Below are positions 14,570 through 23,389 of a stretch of 64,000 nucleotides of DNA, piece by piece. This DNA comes from a virus (Duplodnaviria > Heunggongvirae > Uroviricota > Caudoviricetes): the IMG/VR virus record IMGVR_UViG_3300050821_006962, positions 27,133-91,132 of that record, one strand, 5' to 3'. Below the pieces are notes generated by a model. It saw only the letters and a list, made by a program, of their open reading frames with translations. It had not been told where the DNA came from and did not search any database. The position numbers and the translations under genes were made by a program. Positions within the stretch are counted from its first letter, which is position 1, and each line of letters starts with the position of its first letter.

Positions 14570-14611
14570 TACGTTTTTCTTCTTGACATCATTCGCTCCA
14601 TATACGATACT
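14564..14611 (+). promoter_or_regulatory. early promoter cassette copy 1 (TACTAGTACGTTTTTCTTCTTGACA + GATACT)
   Basis: Palindrome GTACTAGTAC, T-tract, -35 TTGACA 14583-14588, 17 nt, -10 GATACT; the ATG at 14618 is 7 nt downstream. Confidence 0.55.
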
Positions 14612-14617
14612 CGTCGC

Positions 14618-16045
14618 ATGGACACCACACTCAAGACCTACCGCATCCCCGAGGCCAACCTATCCACCCTCCAGTCGCGCATGACGCAGTTGGCGCGCCG
14701 CTGCACCCGCATCAAGGTCGAAGCACCCAAGCTCACGGTCGGCGCGTTCGAGGACATCAAGTACCGCAACGAGGAAGGCTTCGACCGCGTGCGCCGCGTG
14801 TACACTGTCACCTTGGAATCGGCTGGACGTCCCAAGATAAACGGCTATGAATTCGCCGCCGTGATATCGCCTGTCACTGATGAAGATGGCAAGCTCATCG
14901 GCAACGTTATGCGCCGCGTCCCCGGATTCGAAGGCGATATCCCCACCAAGTTTCGCGAGGCCACTAATTACTGCGACCACTGCAAGGCAGCGCGTTATAG
15001 ACTGGAAACGTTTGTCATCCACAGCGACGCAGGCTTCCGGCAAATTGGCCGGAACTGCCTTGCAAATTATCTTGGACTCACCGACCCGAGCACGCTGGCT
15101 GCTATCGCGGAGATTTTGATTGACGCTGATGAGCTTGCTGAGATGTCAGAGCGCGAAGGCTTCGGCGGTGGCTCAGTAATGGAACGCATTCCTATGGATG
15201 ACGTGCTGACCGTAGCAGCCTCTGCAATCCGCTTGTATGGCTGGCTCTCGAACAAGAGCGCGCAAGAACACGGTAAGACCTCAACGTCTGGCCGCGTGCG
15301 CGAATGGATATTCGGAAATGCGAAAGACCGGGAGCGCTTCGAATTTCCGCTGGTCGCATCCGATGAAGACAAGACCCTCGCAGCCAACACCTACGAATGG
15401 CTGCAATCGCTCTCTATCCACACACAAGACGATTACCGATACAACCTCGCACTCCTCGCGCAGTCTGTATCAGTCAGCAGCAAGAACTTCGGCATCGCGG
15501 TCTCTGCCATCAATGCCTACAGCAAGGAAAGGGAATTTGAGATTCGCCGCAATGCCCGCATCGAGTCTGACAGCAAGTCAAACTTCATCGGCACAATCGG
15601 CGAGCGCATCACTTTGGAAAACACCACAGTGCTGTATCACACCACGTTCGAATCACAGTTTGGCGTCTCCCACTTCTACAAGATGAAGTCCGGCGACAAT
15701 ATCATCGTGTACTTCGCCTCGACCGAGATGTTTGAGCAGGGCGAGGTCATCCCACAAATGACCGCACGCGTGAAGAACCACGAGAACCGCGTGGATAAGT
15801 ACAACCCGGAAGGCGTGAAGCAGACCATTATCACGCGCGCCACGCTGCCCAAGCCTCCCAAGGCCCCGCTGACACCGGAGCAGAAGACAGCCAAGAAGGC
15901 CGCTGCGAAGCTTCGCCGCATCGCTAAGACTCTGCCGCACATTGCGGAGGATATCAGGCTCGGCAAAGGCGACAATGACGATTACACCGCTTGGAATATC
16001 GTGGTCGACTTGGAATGGCAGATTAAGAGGGAGAATAAGCTATGA
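14618..16045 (+). CDS. large early hypothetical protein (475 aa)
   Basis: Long ORF with no recognisable motifs; first long gene of the early operon. Confidence 0.6.
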   Translation: MDTTLKTYRIPEANLSTLQSRMTQLARRCTRIKVEAPKLTVGAFEDIKYRNEEGFDRVRRVYTVTLESAGRPKINGYEFAAVISPVTDEDGKLIGNVMRRVPGFEGDIPTKFREATNYCDHCKAARYRLETFVIHSDAGFRQIGRNCLANYLGLTDPSTLAAIAEILIDADELAEMSEREGFGGGSVMERIPMDDVLTVAASAIRLYGWLSNKSAQEHGKTSTSGRVREWIFGNAKDRERFEFPLVASDEDKTLAANTYEWLQSLSIHTQDDYRYNLALLAQSVSVSSKNFGIAVSAINAYSKEREFEIRRNARIESDSKSNFIGTIGERITLENTTVLYHTTFESQFGVSHFYKMKSGDNIIVYFASTEMFEQGEVIPQMTARVKNHENRVDKYNPEGVKQTIITRATLPKPPKAPLTPEQKTAKKAAAKLRRIAKTLPHIAEDIRLGKGDNDDYTAWNIVVDLEWQIKRENKL

Positions 16046-16254
16046 CATATCGCAATCCTTATACCGTGTTCGAATCGATTCACGGTGAGTACAATCCGGA
16101 CAAGCCGCACGACCCGCCGTTCAGCGTATGGATGAGAGAGCAGAAGCAGAAATATCTCACGCTCTTCCCGGACGCGGCGCAGAACCAGATATACGGCCAT
16201 TTCTTTAACGCCGAGCTGGAGAAATTCTTTCGATGGATTTCGGAGAATCTATAA
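16042..16254 (+). CDS. hypothetical protein
   Basis: ATGA overlap with the upstream stop. Confidence 0.45.
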   Translation: MTYRNPYTVFESIHGEYNPDKPHDPPFSVWMREQKQKYLTLFPDAAQNQIYGHFFNAELEKFFRWISENL

Positions 16255-16451
16255 TGGCATACGAAGCACTCAAGAAGTGGGCTGACGATTACACCGCATG
16301 GCTGCATAAGATGGCAGCACAGCGCAAAGCCTGTCTCGCGTGTGAGCAAGATGCGTATCTCTCCGACCCTAACACAGACTTGGATGCCGCAATGATGGGC
16401 ACGCGCTGTGACCCGCACGGCGGACCATATTGCAAGAAGGTGAAAGCATAG
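16254..16451 (+). CDS. hypothetical protein
   Basis: ATG overlaps the upstream TAA. Confidence 0.4.
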   Translation: MAYEALKKWADDYTAWLHKMAAQRKACLACEQDAYLSDPNTDLDAAMMGTRCDPHGGPYCKKVKA

Positions 16452-16500
16452 TATTAGTACGTTTTTGTTGTTGACACCTATTCCGGATTTTGGGACACTA
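16449..16500 (+). promoter_or_regulatory. early promoter cassette copy 2
   Basis: TAGTATTAGTACGTTTTTGTTGTTGACA, 17 nt, GACACT. Confidence 0.5.
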
Positions 16501-16515
16501 AGAGTGGAGGTAGTC

Positions 16516-16722
16516 ATGAGCTACCAGTGGGACGAAGTAAAGCAGCAAGCGGTTCGAGTGCCTTACGATACTGACCGCGTGGTAGACGAAGCTTGCGTTT
16601 GCGGGCATTATCTCAGCGAGCACAAATCCCGAGGTCTCTGCGAGTATTGCAAGAGCGACTGCAAGGCATTTCGTTTCGTGGCTTTCATCTTAGCTAGCGA
16701 CGTCGAACCTGCAAAACAATGA
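16516..16722 (+). CDS. Cys-rich small protein
   Basis: GGAGG RBS; CVCGHYLSEH...CEYCKSDC. Confidence 0.5.
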   Translation: MSYQWDEVKQQAVRVPYDTDRVVDEACVCGHYLSEHKSRGLCEYCKSDCKAFRFVAFILASDVEPAKQ

Positions 16723-16868
16723 CACCTCTCCTCATCCGTCTCGCCCCCGAGCTATTAACGCGTTTACGCGCGCTAGCGGATGAGAAGGGTGTATCGGTCG
16801 CGTGCATCATACGCAGCATACTGGAAGATTGGTTTCGAAAGGCCGAAGATGCAAAAGTTAAGAGTTAA
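16719..16868 (+). CDS. ribbon-helix-helix (CopG/Arc/ParD-like) DNA-binding protein, 49 aa
   Basis: PELLTRLRALADEKGVSVACIIRSILEDWF is a classic RHH pattern; ATGA-coupled; below the ORF-track size cut-off. Confidence 0.5.
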   Translation: MTPLLIRLAPELLTRLRALADEKGVSVACIIRSILEDWFRKAEDAKVKS

Positions 16869-17274
16869 GCGTTTGTTAGAAAACATAGAGCGTATTCCCC
16901 ACGTTTTCCACACAGGTAATTGTGGCAGAAGCAATCGCGGTCGCTTAAAACTACCTTTGGAAATAGAAAAGCAAATCGCGGAGCGCCGACACAGGGGAGA
17001 AACCCTTAGCTCTCTGTCAAAAGAATTCGGCGTAACGGACGGAGCTATTATCGATATCTATAGAAGGCGCTGCCCAGACTGGAGGGCCTTTCAGTTACCT
17101 GCAAAAGAGGTAAGGAAAAATCACGAAGCGACCACAGCGCGCTTACTTCTTGAATTTGGAAAAATTCCCTCGTTCTCCGTTCTGAAAGAAATGGGATTGT
17201 TGTCATATTATAACTATTATAAAGCTCTAATAAGAGGAGGAAACAATGAGCGTCAAAATGCGTCAAATGGTTGA
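16849..17274 (+). CDS. HTH DNA-binding protein
   Basis: ETLSSLSKEFGVTDGAIIDIYRRR helix-turn-helix; overlaps the RHH gene end. Confidence 0.45.
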   Translation: MQKLRVKRLLENIERIPHVFHTGNCGRSNRGRLKLPLEIEKQIAERRHRGETLSSLSKEFGVTDGAIIDIYRRRCPDWRAFQLPAKEVRKNHEATTARLLLEFGKIPSFSVLKEMGLLSYYNYYKALIRGGNNERQNASNG

Positions 17275-17593
17275 GAAGGAAATTTACACTAAGGTCATCG
17301 ATGTATTGCTCGACAAGGGATTTTATCTCTCTGTCGACAACGGCGATAACAGCGGCAATGATTATGAAATATACCACAGCCGCGACCGCAAAGACATTTT
17401 GAAAGCGATGTACCTTTGCGACGAGGACCGTCTGTATGTTCACAAACCGTTTAAGAATCAGCCGTTCGCGTGGGTCTACTTCGTGTACGGCAATGATGGC
17501 TGGGACGTCATCAATGACTACACGGTTAACTTGGAGAAGTATATCGGCGACGGCACTGAAGTAGACAAGGTCGTTAAGAAGTACGAGGACTAA
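17246..17593 (+). CDS. hypothetical protein
   Basis: AGGAGG RBS. Confidence 0.55.
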   Translation: MSVKMRQMVEKEIYTKVIDVLLDKGFYLSVDNGDNSGNDYEIYHSRDRKDILKAMYLCDEDRLYVHKPFKNQPFAWVYFVYGNDGWDVINDYTVNLEKYIGDGTEVDKVVKKYED

Positions 17594-17784
17594 TGAAGCT
17601 CCTCGCAAAAATAGGCCACGCCTTGCATATCGCGCTTCTCAGCGTGCTGTTGAGCGCGTTTATCCTCGGCGTGGTCCTGATGCTGGCGATGCTCGTACAA
17701 AGCCGCGTCGAGGCATACAAGCGGTGGAGCACCGACACGCCACCACCCGCAGTCAAGATTGAGCAAGACAACGAACAGTACTAG
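17593..17784 (+). CDS. small membrane protein
   Basis: ATGA-coupled; two TM helices. Confidence 0.5.
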   Translation: MKLLAKIGHALHIALLSVLLSAFILGVVLMLAMLVQSRVEAYKRWSTDTPPPAVKIEQDNEQY

Positions 17785-17830
17785 TACGTTTTTGTTCTTG
17801 ACGCGGTCCTCGGGCTGTGAGAGAATTTGA
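17779..17830 (+). promoter_or_regulatory. early promoter cassette copy 3
   Basis: TACTAGTACGTTTTTGTTCTTGACG, 17 nt, GAGAAT. Confidence 0.5.
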
Positions 17831-17844
17831 GCATGGAGGCAGTT

Positions 17845-18162
17845 ATGAAATACGACGTCAAGCGCATCCAGCAAGCAGTCTCGGAAGCAATCGCGCACTC
17901 TCAGCAGTTCGCGAGCCACGACGATGGCGGCACCTGTAACTTCGATGCGTGCATCCTGTACGTTCCCGGGATGCGCAAGTCTACCGCCGACTCGATTCAA
18001 GGCACCTCGCTCTTCACCTCCGGCTGGCACGGTCGCAGCCTGCATATCGGCGGCACGCTAGGACAAGGCGCGCGTCGCACCAAGATGGCTGAGGCGCAAC
18101 GGGATTTTCTCAAGGCCAATTACCCCGACATCAACATCGGGATGTATTACCAGATGGACTAA
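17845..18162 (+). CDS. hypothetical protein
   Basis: GGAGG RBS. Confidence 0.5.
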   Translation: MKYDVKRIQQAVSEAIAHSQQFASHDDGGTCNFDACILYVPGMRKSTADSIQGTSLFTSGWHGRSLHIGGTLGQGARRTKMAEAQRDFLKANYPDINIGMYYQMD

Positions 18163-18163
18163 C

Positions 18164-18379
18164 ATGACCGACTTATTCACATTCGCCAACACCGAGCAAG
18201 GCCGGGAGCTTCGCACGCACGTTGCGAATATTTACTTTCTTGCTGGCCGTACGGTGCGTGAATTCGAGGAAGACTTCACGGACGGCGATATGACCACGCG
18301 CGTGCTACGCTTGGAAGTAAGCGGCAAGCGCAAAGGCGAGGGTCAGATAGCCGCTGATATGAAACGGAGAAAAGCATGA
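18164..18379 (+). CDS. hypothetical protein
   Basis: ORF track. Confidence 0.45.
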   Translation: MTDLFTFANTEQGRELRTHVANIYFLAGRTVREFEEDFTDGDMTTRVLRLEVSGKRKGEGQIAADMKRRKA

Positions 18380-18666
18380 CACTCTGCACTCAATGCAATG
18401 CACAGATTCCTACACTGGACCGCCGCCAACGACGTGTAAATTCAGAACTGCACCAACTAGGGCTGACATATCACAAATTTCTCCCGGTCGCATCGGTCGA
18501 CTCCGCATTGCGCGCAAACGGATTTGCAGAAACATCATGCTGGGCATTTCAGCCGGGTCACGGCGTGGTCCGCATCCACGAGGAGGTTGGCGATGGCAAG
18601 TGGCTCACGCTGCACGCGTACAAGATGGCAAGCGGTAACTGGGAAGTTGTCGCATACGTCAATTAA
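18376..18666 (+). CDS. hypothetical protein
   Basis: ATGA-coupled. Confidence 0.45.
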   Translation: MTLCTQCNAQIPTLDRRQRRVNSELHQLGLTYHKFLPVASVDSALRANGFAETSCWAFQPGHGVVRIHEEVGDGKWLTLHAYKMASGNWEVVAYVN

Positions 18667-18759
18667 GCGCGTGGTTCACCGAGTAGTAGAGTATCTGGTG
18701 CTGTCCGCTGTTAATCTGGTCGGACTGCTCTGGCTGATATACCGCATGAGGAAGAAACG

Positions 18760-18954
18760 ATGACCCTGATTGTACCCACGGCATACCGCCGCAACGCGTT
18801 CCGGGAGCGCAACGAGAAGCTTAACACGACCGCATCCGATGCGGCAGAGGTCACACTGACCTGTCTGCGATGCTTCCGGCCCGCGAGTATAGGCACGCGC
18901 TGCGATGATTGCAGGATGGCGCGCGTGAAAGCGAACGCGGGGAGGAAGCGCTAG
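18760..18954 (+). CDS. Zn-ribbon small protein (CxxC...CxxC)
   Basis: ORF track. Confidence 0.45.
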   Translation: MTLIVPTAYRRNAFRERNEKLNTTASDAAEVTLTCLRCFRPASIGTRCDDCRMARVKANAGRKR

Positions 18955-19003
18955 TACTAGTACGTTTTTGTTGTTGACAAGATTCGGAGGCCATGAGACA
19001 CTC
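18952..19003 (+). promoter_or_regulatory. early promoter cassette copy 4
   Basis: TAGTACTAGTACGTTTTTGTTGTTGACA, 17 nt, GACACT. Confidence 0.5.
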
Positions 19004-19020
19004 TACTCATGGAGGCAACA

Positions 19021-19323
19021 ATGAAAGTCAAAGCACTGAATCAACTGGCGACCGAGATGGTAGGCGATGGCAAAAAGCAAAACGTCTTTTTCGTGACCAA
19101 GGAAGGCAACGTCGTGCTGATTGCCCTCGACTTCAATCTGGCCTATCACACGTGGCAAGGTCTTGCTTTTAGCCACATCGAAAGCGCACTGGAAGACCGC
19201 GCGACGGGCATCATCGCATCTGCGGGCATGGAGCCTCAGTACGATGAGAAGACCGATGATTTTACTGGTCCAGAGCGCTGGGAAGTGCGCGACGATTCCC
19301 GCACCTTCGGGTTCAGGAGCTAA
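19021..19323 (+). CDS. hypothetical protein
   Basis: GGAGG RBS. Confidence 0.5.
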   Translation: MKVKALNQLATEMVGDGKKQNVFFVTKEGNVVLIALDFNLAYHTWQGLAFSHIESALEDRATGIIASAGMEPQYDEKTDDFTGPERWEVRDDSRTFGFRS

Positions 19324-19325
19324 AT

Positions 19326-19787
19326 ATGGACCTCTCTGCCGCACACTCGCTCATCTGGAAAGCGATGCTCGACCACAAGCTGTTTGACCTCGGCTGGTCC
19401 TTCGAATGGGACCACGCAAAGACTCGCAGCGGCCAATGCCGCTTCGCAGACCGCACGATTAGCATGTCCAAACATTATGCGATAATGGAGGAGGAATCCG
19501 AAATTCGCGATACCATCCTGCACGAAATTGCGCATGTGCTAGTCGGCCCCGGACATCATCACGATTACGTATGGAGACTCAAGGCCCGCGAAATTGGCGC
19601 GAAGCCTCTGCGATGCTCCCAGAGCGAGAAGCGGGTCCCCGGTAACTACATCGGCAAGTGCGCGGGCTGTGGCGTGGAAGTACATCGGTACAAGAAGCCG
19701 CGCATGCTGAACGTCCCCGGCTGGTATCAGCACACAGCATGCAAGCGCATGGGCAAAGAATCAAAAATTGAATGGACGGTAAAATAG
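19326..19787 (+). CDS. SprT-like Zn metallopeptidase-domain protein
   Basis: HEIAH (HExxH) plus a C-terminal CxxC...Cxx zinc ribbon. Confidence 0.55.
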   Translation: MDLSAAHSLIWKAMLDHKLFDLGWSFEWDHAKTRSGQCRFADRTISMSKHYAIMEEESEIRDTILHEIAHVLVGPGHHHDYVWRLKAREIGAKPLRCSQSEKRVPGNYIGKCAGCGVEVHRYKKPRMLNVPGWYQHTACKRMGKESKIEWTVK

Positions 19788-19835
19788 TACTAGTACGTTT
19801 TTGTTCTTGACACCCGGAGCGAATCGCGGTACAGT
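19785..19835 (+). promoter_or_regulatory. early promoter cassette copy 5
   Basis: TAGTACTAGTACGTTTTTGTTCTTGACA, 17 nt, TACAGT. Confidence 0.5.
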
Positions 19836-19856
19836 TAAAGCATGGAGGACGTGATG

Positions 19857-20126
19857 AAGGTTCAAGTAAATCGCAACTACATCTACTACCCCAACCTGCT
19901 CGACCGAATCGATGCGCGCACGAATCTGCTCCCCGGCACGGTGGTCCGAGTCGTGAATTTTCACGGATGCCCCCGGGCCAACACGATGAACCACGCGCAC
20001 GTTGCGGACAAGAACGGCATCTTCATCGGTCTCGTTCACACTAACTCGCTGCACGCAATGAGTGATGCTCCACTGGTCATCGATGCTATCAAGCGCGACA
20101 TCGCGCAGAAAGCGGTGCAGTCATGA
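19857..20126 (+). CDS. hypothetical protein
   Basis: GGAGG RBS. Confidence 0.5.
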   Translation, partial: KVQVNRNYIYYPNLLDRIDARTNLLPGTVVRVVNFHGCPRANTMNHAHVADKNGIFIGLVHTNSLHAMSDAPLVIDAIKRDIAQKAVQS

Positions 20127-20320
20127 TGGGAGCAAACTACAAGAGCAAGAAGGATTTGAAGGCCGCTGTTGGGCAGGCTCTGCGTTACGAGGAGACCTCG
20201 TTCTTCGGCCCCGAGTACAAAGAGAATGGGACCTTTTGCGTGGTCGGCCCCAGCCCCACCCAGCGCAAGTGGTTCGCATCCGTGACCATGCAGAATGGTC
20301 TGATTGCAAAGGTGTCGTGA
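20123..20320 (+). CDS. hypothetical protein
   Basis: coupled. Confidence 0.4.
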   Translation: MMGANYKSKKDLKAAVGQALRYEETSFFGPEYKENGTFCVVGPSPTQRKWFASVTMQNGLIAKVS

Positions 20321-20598
20321 TGAATAAGCCATCAGGCTTGCTGTACAACAGAGCAGTGAGCGCTGCCTGCGATGCGTCTAACCGTTTCGTGAAGCTGCCA
20401 GATGCGCATCGCGAGCTTATCAGTGACGCTACGCTTGCGCTGTACCTGAAATTCCCTGACAAGACTGAGGAGGAGTATCACCTCGCGGTCTCTAGGCTCG
20501 TAACGGCGGTGCGCAGCCACAAAGAAGGTAATCAGCGTATTTGGACCTTGAAGGTACCAGAGCTTGGACAGCGATTCGTCCGCGTGGTGCCAGCATGA
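20320..20598 (+). CDS. hypothetical protein
   Basis: TGATG overlap. Confidence 0.4.
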   Translation: MNKPSGLLYNRAVSAACDASNRFVKLPDAHRELISDATLALYLKFPDKTEEEYHLAVSRLVTAVRSHKEGNQRIWTLKVPELGQRFVRVVPA

Positions 20599-20867
20599 GC
20601 GAACACTACATAGCGCTGTCTGGTATGCACGGCTGCCTGCCGGACCATTGCGAAGTTTTCGAAACCCGGGCAGAGGCGATTGCAGACCTGACAAGCCTGT
20701 TCGAACTGGGTCGCATCCATGAAACCCGCCTGCGGGAAAACGGCTATCTGGAACTGGAAGTCAGCCTGATTGAGGCCGCGCAAGGTGATTGCTTCGGCGC
20801 AGATTATTGTGAAATTAGAGCTTGCAATTGCGCCACGCCTGCGGTACACTCTGACAGTGGAGACTAA
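20595..20867 (+). CDS. hypothetical protein
   Basis: ATGA overlap. Confidence 0.4.
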   Translation: MSEHYIALSGMHGCLPDHCEVFETRAEAIADLTSLFELGRIHETRLRENGYLELEVSLIEAAQGDCFGADYCEIRACNCATPAVHSDSGD

Positions 20868-20868
20868 C

Positions 20869-21027
20869 ATGACAGTCGGCGAGCGCTACCAAGTACGTGC
20901 AAAAATTTCGATGCTCTTCCGGGAGGCGAATCTTTTCGAAGACCGCCAGACCGAGGAGGGTCGCGTGAAGGCCCGGGAGCTTCGTCAGCAAGCGGACGCG
21001 ATGAACGAGGAACTGCGGAGGAAGTAA
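20869..21027 (+). CDS. small coiled-coil protein
   Basis: coupled. Confidence 0.35.
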   Translation: MTVGERYQVRAKISMLFREANLFEDRQTEEGRVKARELRQQADAMNEELRRK

Positions 21028-21185
21028 TGACAGGCCAGCAAATTAAGGCGCTAGCGTTTACTCGCGAGAAGCGAAAGCACCAAACGAGTCCCAGCACCCG
21101 TTTGAAGGTCGACCGCAAGCGCGCACGATTGAGGAAGCGAACTATTGAGCGCCATTTTGTGCTCAAACAGAAGGGGAGCCAATGA
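21027..21185 (+). CDS. small basic protein (52 aa)
   Basis: TAATG and ATGA overlaps at both ends; below the ORF-track cut-off. Confidence 0.35.
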   Translation: MTGQQIKALAFTREKRKHQTSPSTRLKVDRKRARLRKRTIERHFVLKQKGSQ

Positions 21186-21388
21186 GAGGCAGCGAGCAGC
21201 TGACAAAAGAGATTCGAGACGCGGCAGTGACTTATGAGCGCGTCGTAAAGAATTTCCCCAGCGAGTATCTTCTCAGCTGCGGCCACTACGGCGTAGGGAC
21301 GGAGCGCAATCCTGCGCACCTCGGGCAGGTTCGCTACTGCCAGCAATGCACAGAGGCAAAGCTTCGAGAGACAGGCGACATCAAGTGA
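21182..21388 (+). CDS. Cys-containing small protein
   Basis: ORF track. Confidence 0.45.
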   Translation: MRGSEQLTKEIRDAAVTYERVVKNFPSEYLLSCGHYGVGTERNPAHLGQVRYCQQCTEAKLRETGDIK

Positions 21389-21487
21389 TTGAACGCCGCC
21401 AACTACCGCGACCGAAACCCGGCAGCACGCTTCGCCGGATTTACGATATCACGTTCGCTCAAATCAGGAAGACGGAGGCAAAGCAGA

Positions 21488-21796
21488 ATGAGCAGACTCG
21501 AAAGAGCAATTGAAATTCTGGAAGCGCTGAATGACTTCTTTCAAGAGCATGACGGGCAGGTGGTGCTCTACTCGGACGCGCAACTGCTCGACGGCGACAT
21601 CACAATCAAGGACGCCATCGCCGATTGTCTAGTTCAAGGCGACGCGATACTGGCGAATAAGATTGTTCCCCGCAGCCAGCGCCGCCGACTTAACACCTAC
21701 ATGGGCCGGACCTCCGGCTGGATTGGCAAACGAAAGATTCGCTACTTCGATAGTCAGGAGGAGGCGAACGCATGGTTGAATTCATCGGAGCAGTAA
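21488..21796 (+). CDS. hypothetical protein
   Basis: GGAGG RBS before MSRLERAIEIL. Confidence 0.45.
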   Translation: MSRLERAIEILEALNDFFQEHDGQVVLYSDAQLLDGDITIKDAIADCLVQGDAILANKIVPRSQRRRLNTYMGRTSGWIGKRKIRYFDSQEEANAWLNSSEQ

Positions 21797-21888
21797 GTTT
21801 AGTGGCTGGACTATTTGTTCTCGGTATGTGCTGGCGGTACCGACCTCGCTAATGTGAGGCGGAAAACTCATTCAGGAGGAATTAGGCA

Positions 21889-22434
21889 ATGACTACCTTT
21901 TACAAGAACACGGAAGTGGTTGTACTGGAAGCAAGCGCGAGCCTTTCGAAGGTCCGCTTAGTTGGACAGGAAGATTACCAAGCGGTATGGGTACCGAATC
22001 GGTTACTCGAACAGCGTGAAGTGAAACCCACAACGAAGGTTCTGGCCGTGTGTTCTACTTCGCCCGAGGTCGTTTCGCGATTCCTCGAATCAACGAAGTT
22101 TGCAGATGTCCCCGCCGTGACCGTGGAGCAGGCTCTGGTGCCCTTCGTGAAGCGCCTGCGCATCCTTCACGCTCCCAAGGCCTCGACGTACCTGCAAGAG
22201 CAGGCATCGAAGCAAGGCGTTATCCTCGACCCGCGTACGCGTCCCATCAATGTGGGCGAGAACAGCAAGGGCATGCGCAGCGCGGCAGCGGAGATTGAAT
22301 TCTCCAAAGACACGCCGACCAACATCTTGCCCAACGGCTACCGTGTGCGTCCCAACGGTCGCTACCGCGTGAACAGCCTCGCGGTCGCATTCGCACTGCT
22401 CAAGGCCGGAGCGAAGCAGACCGCGTTCGCCTAG
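21889..22434 (+). CDS. hypothetical protein
   Basis: AGGAGG RBS. Confidence 0.55.
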   Translation: MTTFYKNTEVVVLEASASLSKVRLVGQEDYQAVWVPNRLLEQREVKPTTKVLAVCSTSPEVVSRFLESTKFADVPAVTVEQALVPFVKRLRILHAPKASTYLQEQASKQGVILDPRTRPINVGENSKGMRSAAAEIEFSKDTPTNILPNGYRVRPNGRYRVNSLAVAFALLKAGAKQTAFA

Positions 22435-22483
22435 TACTGGTACGTTTTTGTTGTTGACAGCGTACCGAATCGATGTTAGGATG
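22432..22483 (+). promoter_or_regulatory. early promoter cassette copy 6
   Basis: TAGTACTGGTACGTTTTTGTTGTTGACA, 17 nt, TAGGAT. Confidence 0.5.
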
Positions 22484-22539
22484 TACCCAGAGTCGGACAC
22501 CTTAACCAGCCTGCGACAAGTGGCGGCTGGACGACGCTA

Positions 22540-22830
22540 AGGGAACTTATCAGGCGCGTCGGTGGATGTGGCGAGCAACGCGCGGACTCATCATCTGTCG
22601 CGGCCTCGTACCCGGTAGGCTGATTACCCCGGGTGGTTCGAATCCCACCCGACTCAACTTTTTGCGAGAGGCACTCGGTGCTCCTCGCAGTATGCAGCCC
22701 CAACGTGGCTTCCGAGGCCCTCAGCGCCGAAAGTGCTGGACAAGGCAGGCGGGTAAAGTCACTAGGCGGTAAGGTCGCGACTGAAACCGAAGGGTAACTG
22801 CATACTGCTGGGCGCATCGCGGAGGAACTA
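22540..22830 (+). other. structured leader containing a T-arm-like element (GGGTGG-TTCGAATC-CCACCC)
   Basis: A 290-nt non-coding stretch between promoter copy 6 and the first ORF; 6-bp stem with 8-nt TTCGAATC loop at 22631-22650, followed by hairpin GCGAGAGG...CCTCGC. Confidence 0.3.
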
Positions 22831-22920
22831 ATGGGCGGCTGGGTTATCTTCTGGGTAGTATTTCTCCTCACGGCATTGTCTGTGCTCGACATGGGACGCA
22901 AACGCGGGAGGCACGAATGA
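22831..22920 (+). CDS. 29-aa membrane peptide
   Basis: GGAGG RBS; MGGWVIFWVVFLLTALSVLD. Confidence 0.3.
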   Translation: MGGWVIFWVVFLLTALSVLDMGRKRGRHE

Positions 22921-23087
22921 GCGCGGAGTGGACACTGGAACCGAAGACGTGCGCCTTCTGCAAGAAAGAGCCCGACAACGGGTACGCGCTGCCAGACAAA
23001 GAAGGCAAGTGGCAGCCCGCGTGTTGGCCTTGCACCAAGAAGCGTTTGAAGACTTTACAAGAGGAGGACCCCGCACAAGGGTTTTGA
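22917..23087 (+). CDS. Zn-ribbon small protein
   Basis: CAFC...CWPC; ATGA-coupled. Confidence 0.35.
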   Translation: MSAEWTLEPKTCAFCKKEPDNGYALPDKEGKWQPACWPCTKKRLKTLQEEDPAQGF

Positions 23088-23089
23088 AT

Positions 23090-23242
23090 ATGAGCAAAAC
23101 GTGGAAAGAAGACTACAGCAAGAGACCAGCTAAGAACGCGCCAGAGAAGCCACAGAGCACGATTGCGCGCCTTTCGATGGCGGAGGCCGACCGCGAGATT
23201 CGCGAGGCCCTACGGGCTCCGCAGGAGGCCGCACGTGCTTAA
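23090..23242 (+). CDS. hypothetical small protein
   Basis: in-frame part of the ORF-track entry. Confidence 0.35.
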   Translation: MSKTWKEDYSKRPAKNAPEKPQSTIARLSMAEADREIREALRAPQEAARA

Positions 23243-23389
23243 ACTACGCTCGCCACAGACCGCGCATCAAATTTTCTGGGAGCACGATAACTGCCCCCTC
23301 GTCTATGAATACGACCCCGCCGATGATGGCCCCGAATGCCAGATTATCAAGGCTATTCTAGCGTCTCACCCTGACCTTCGGAGCGCGGA

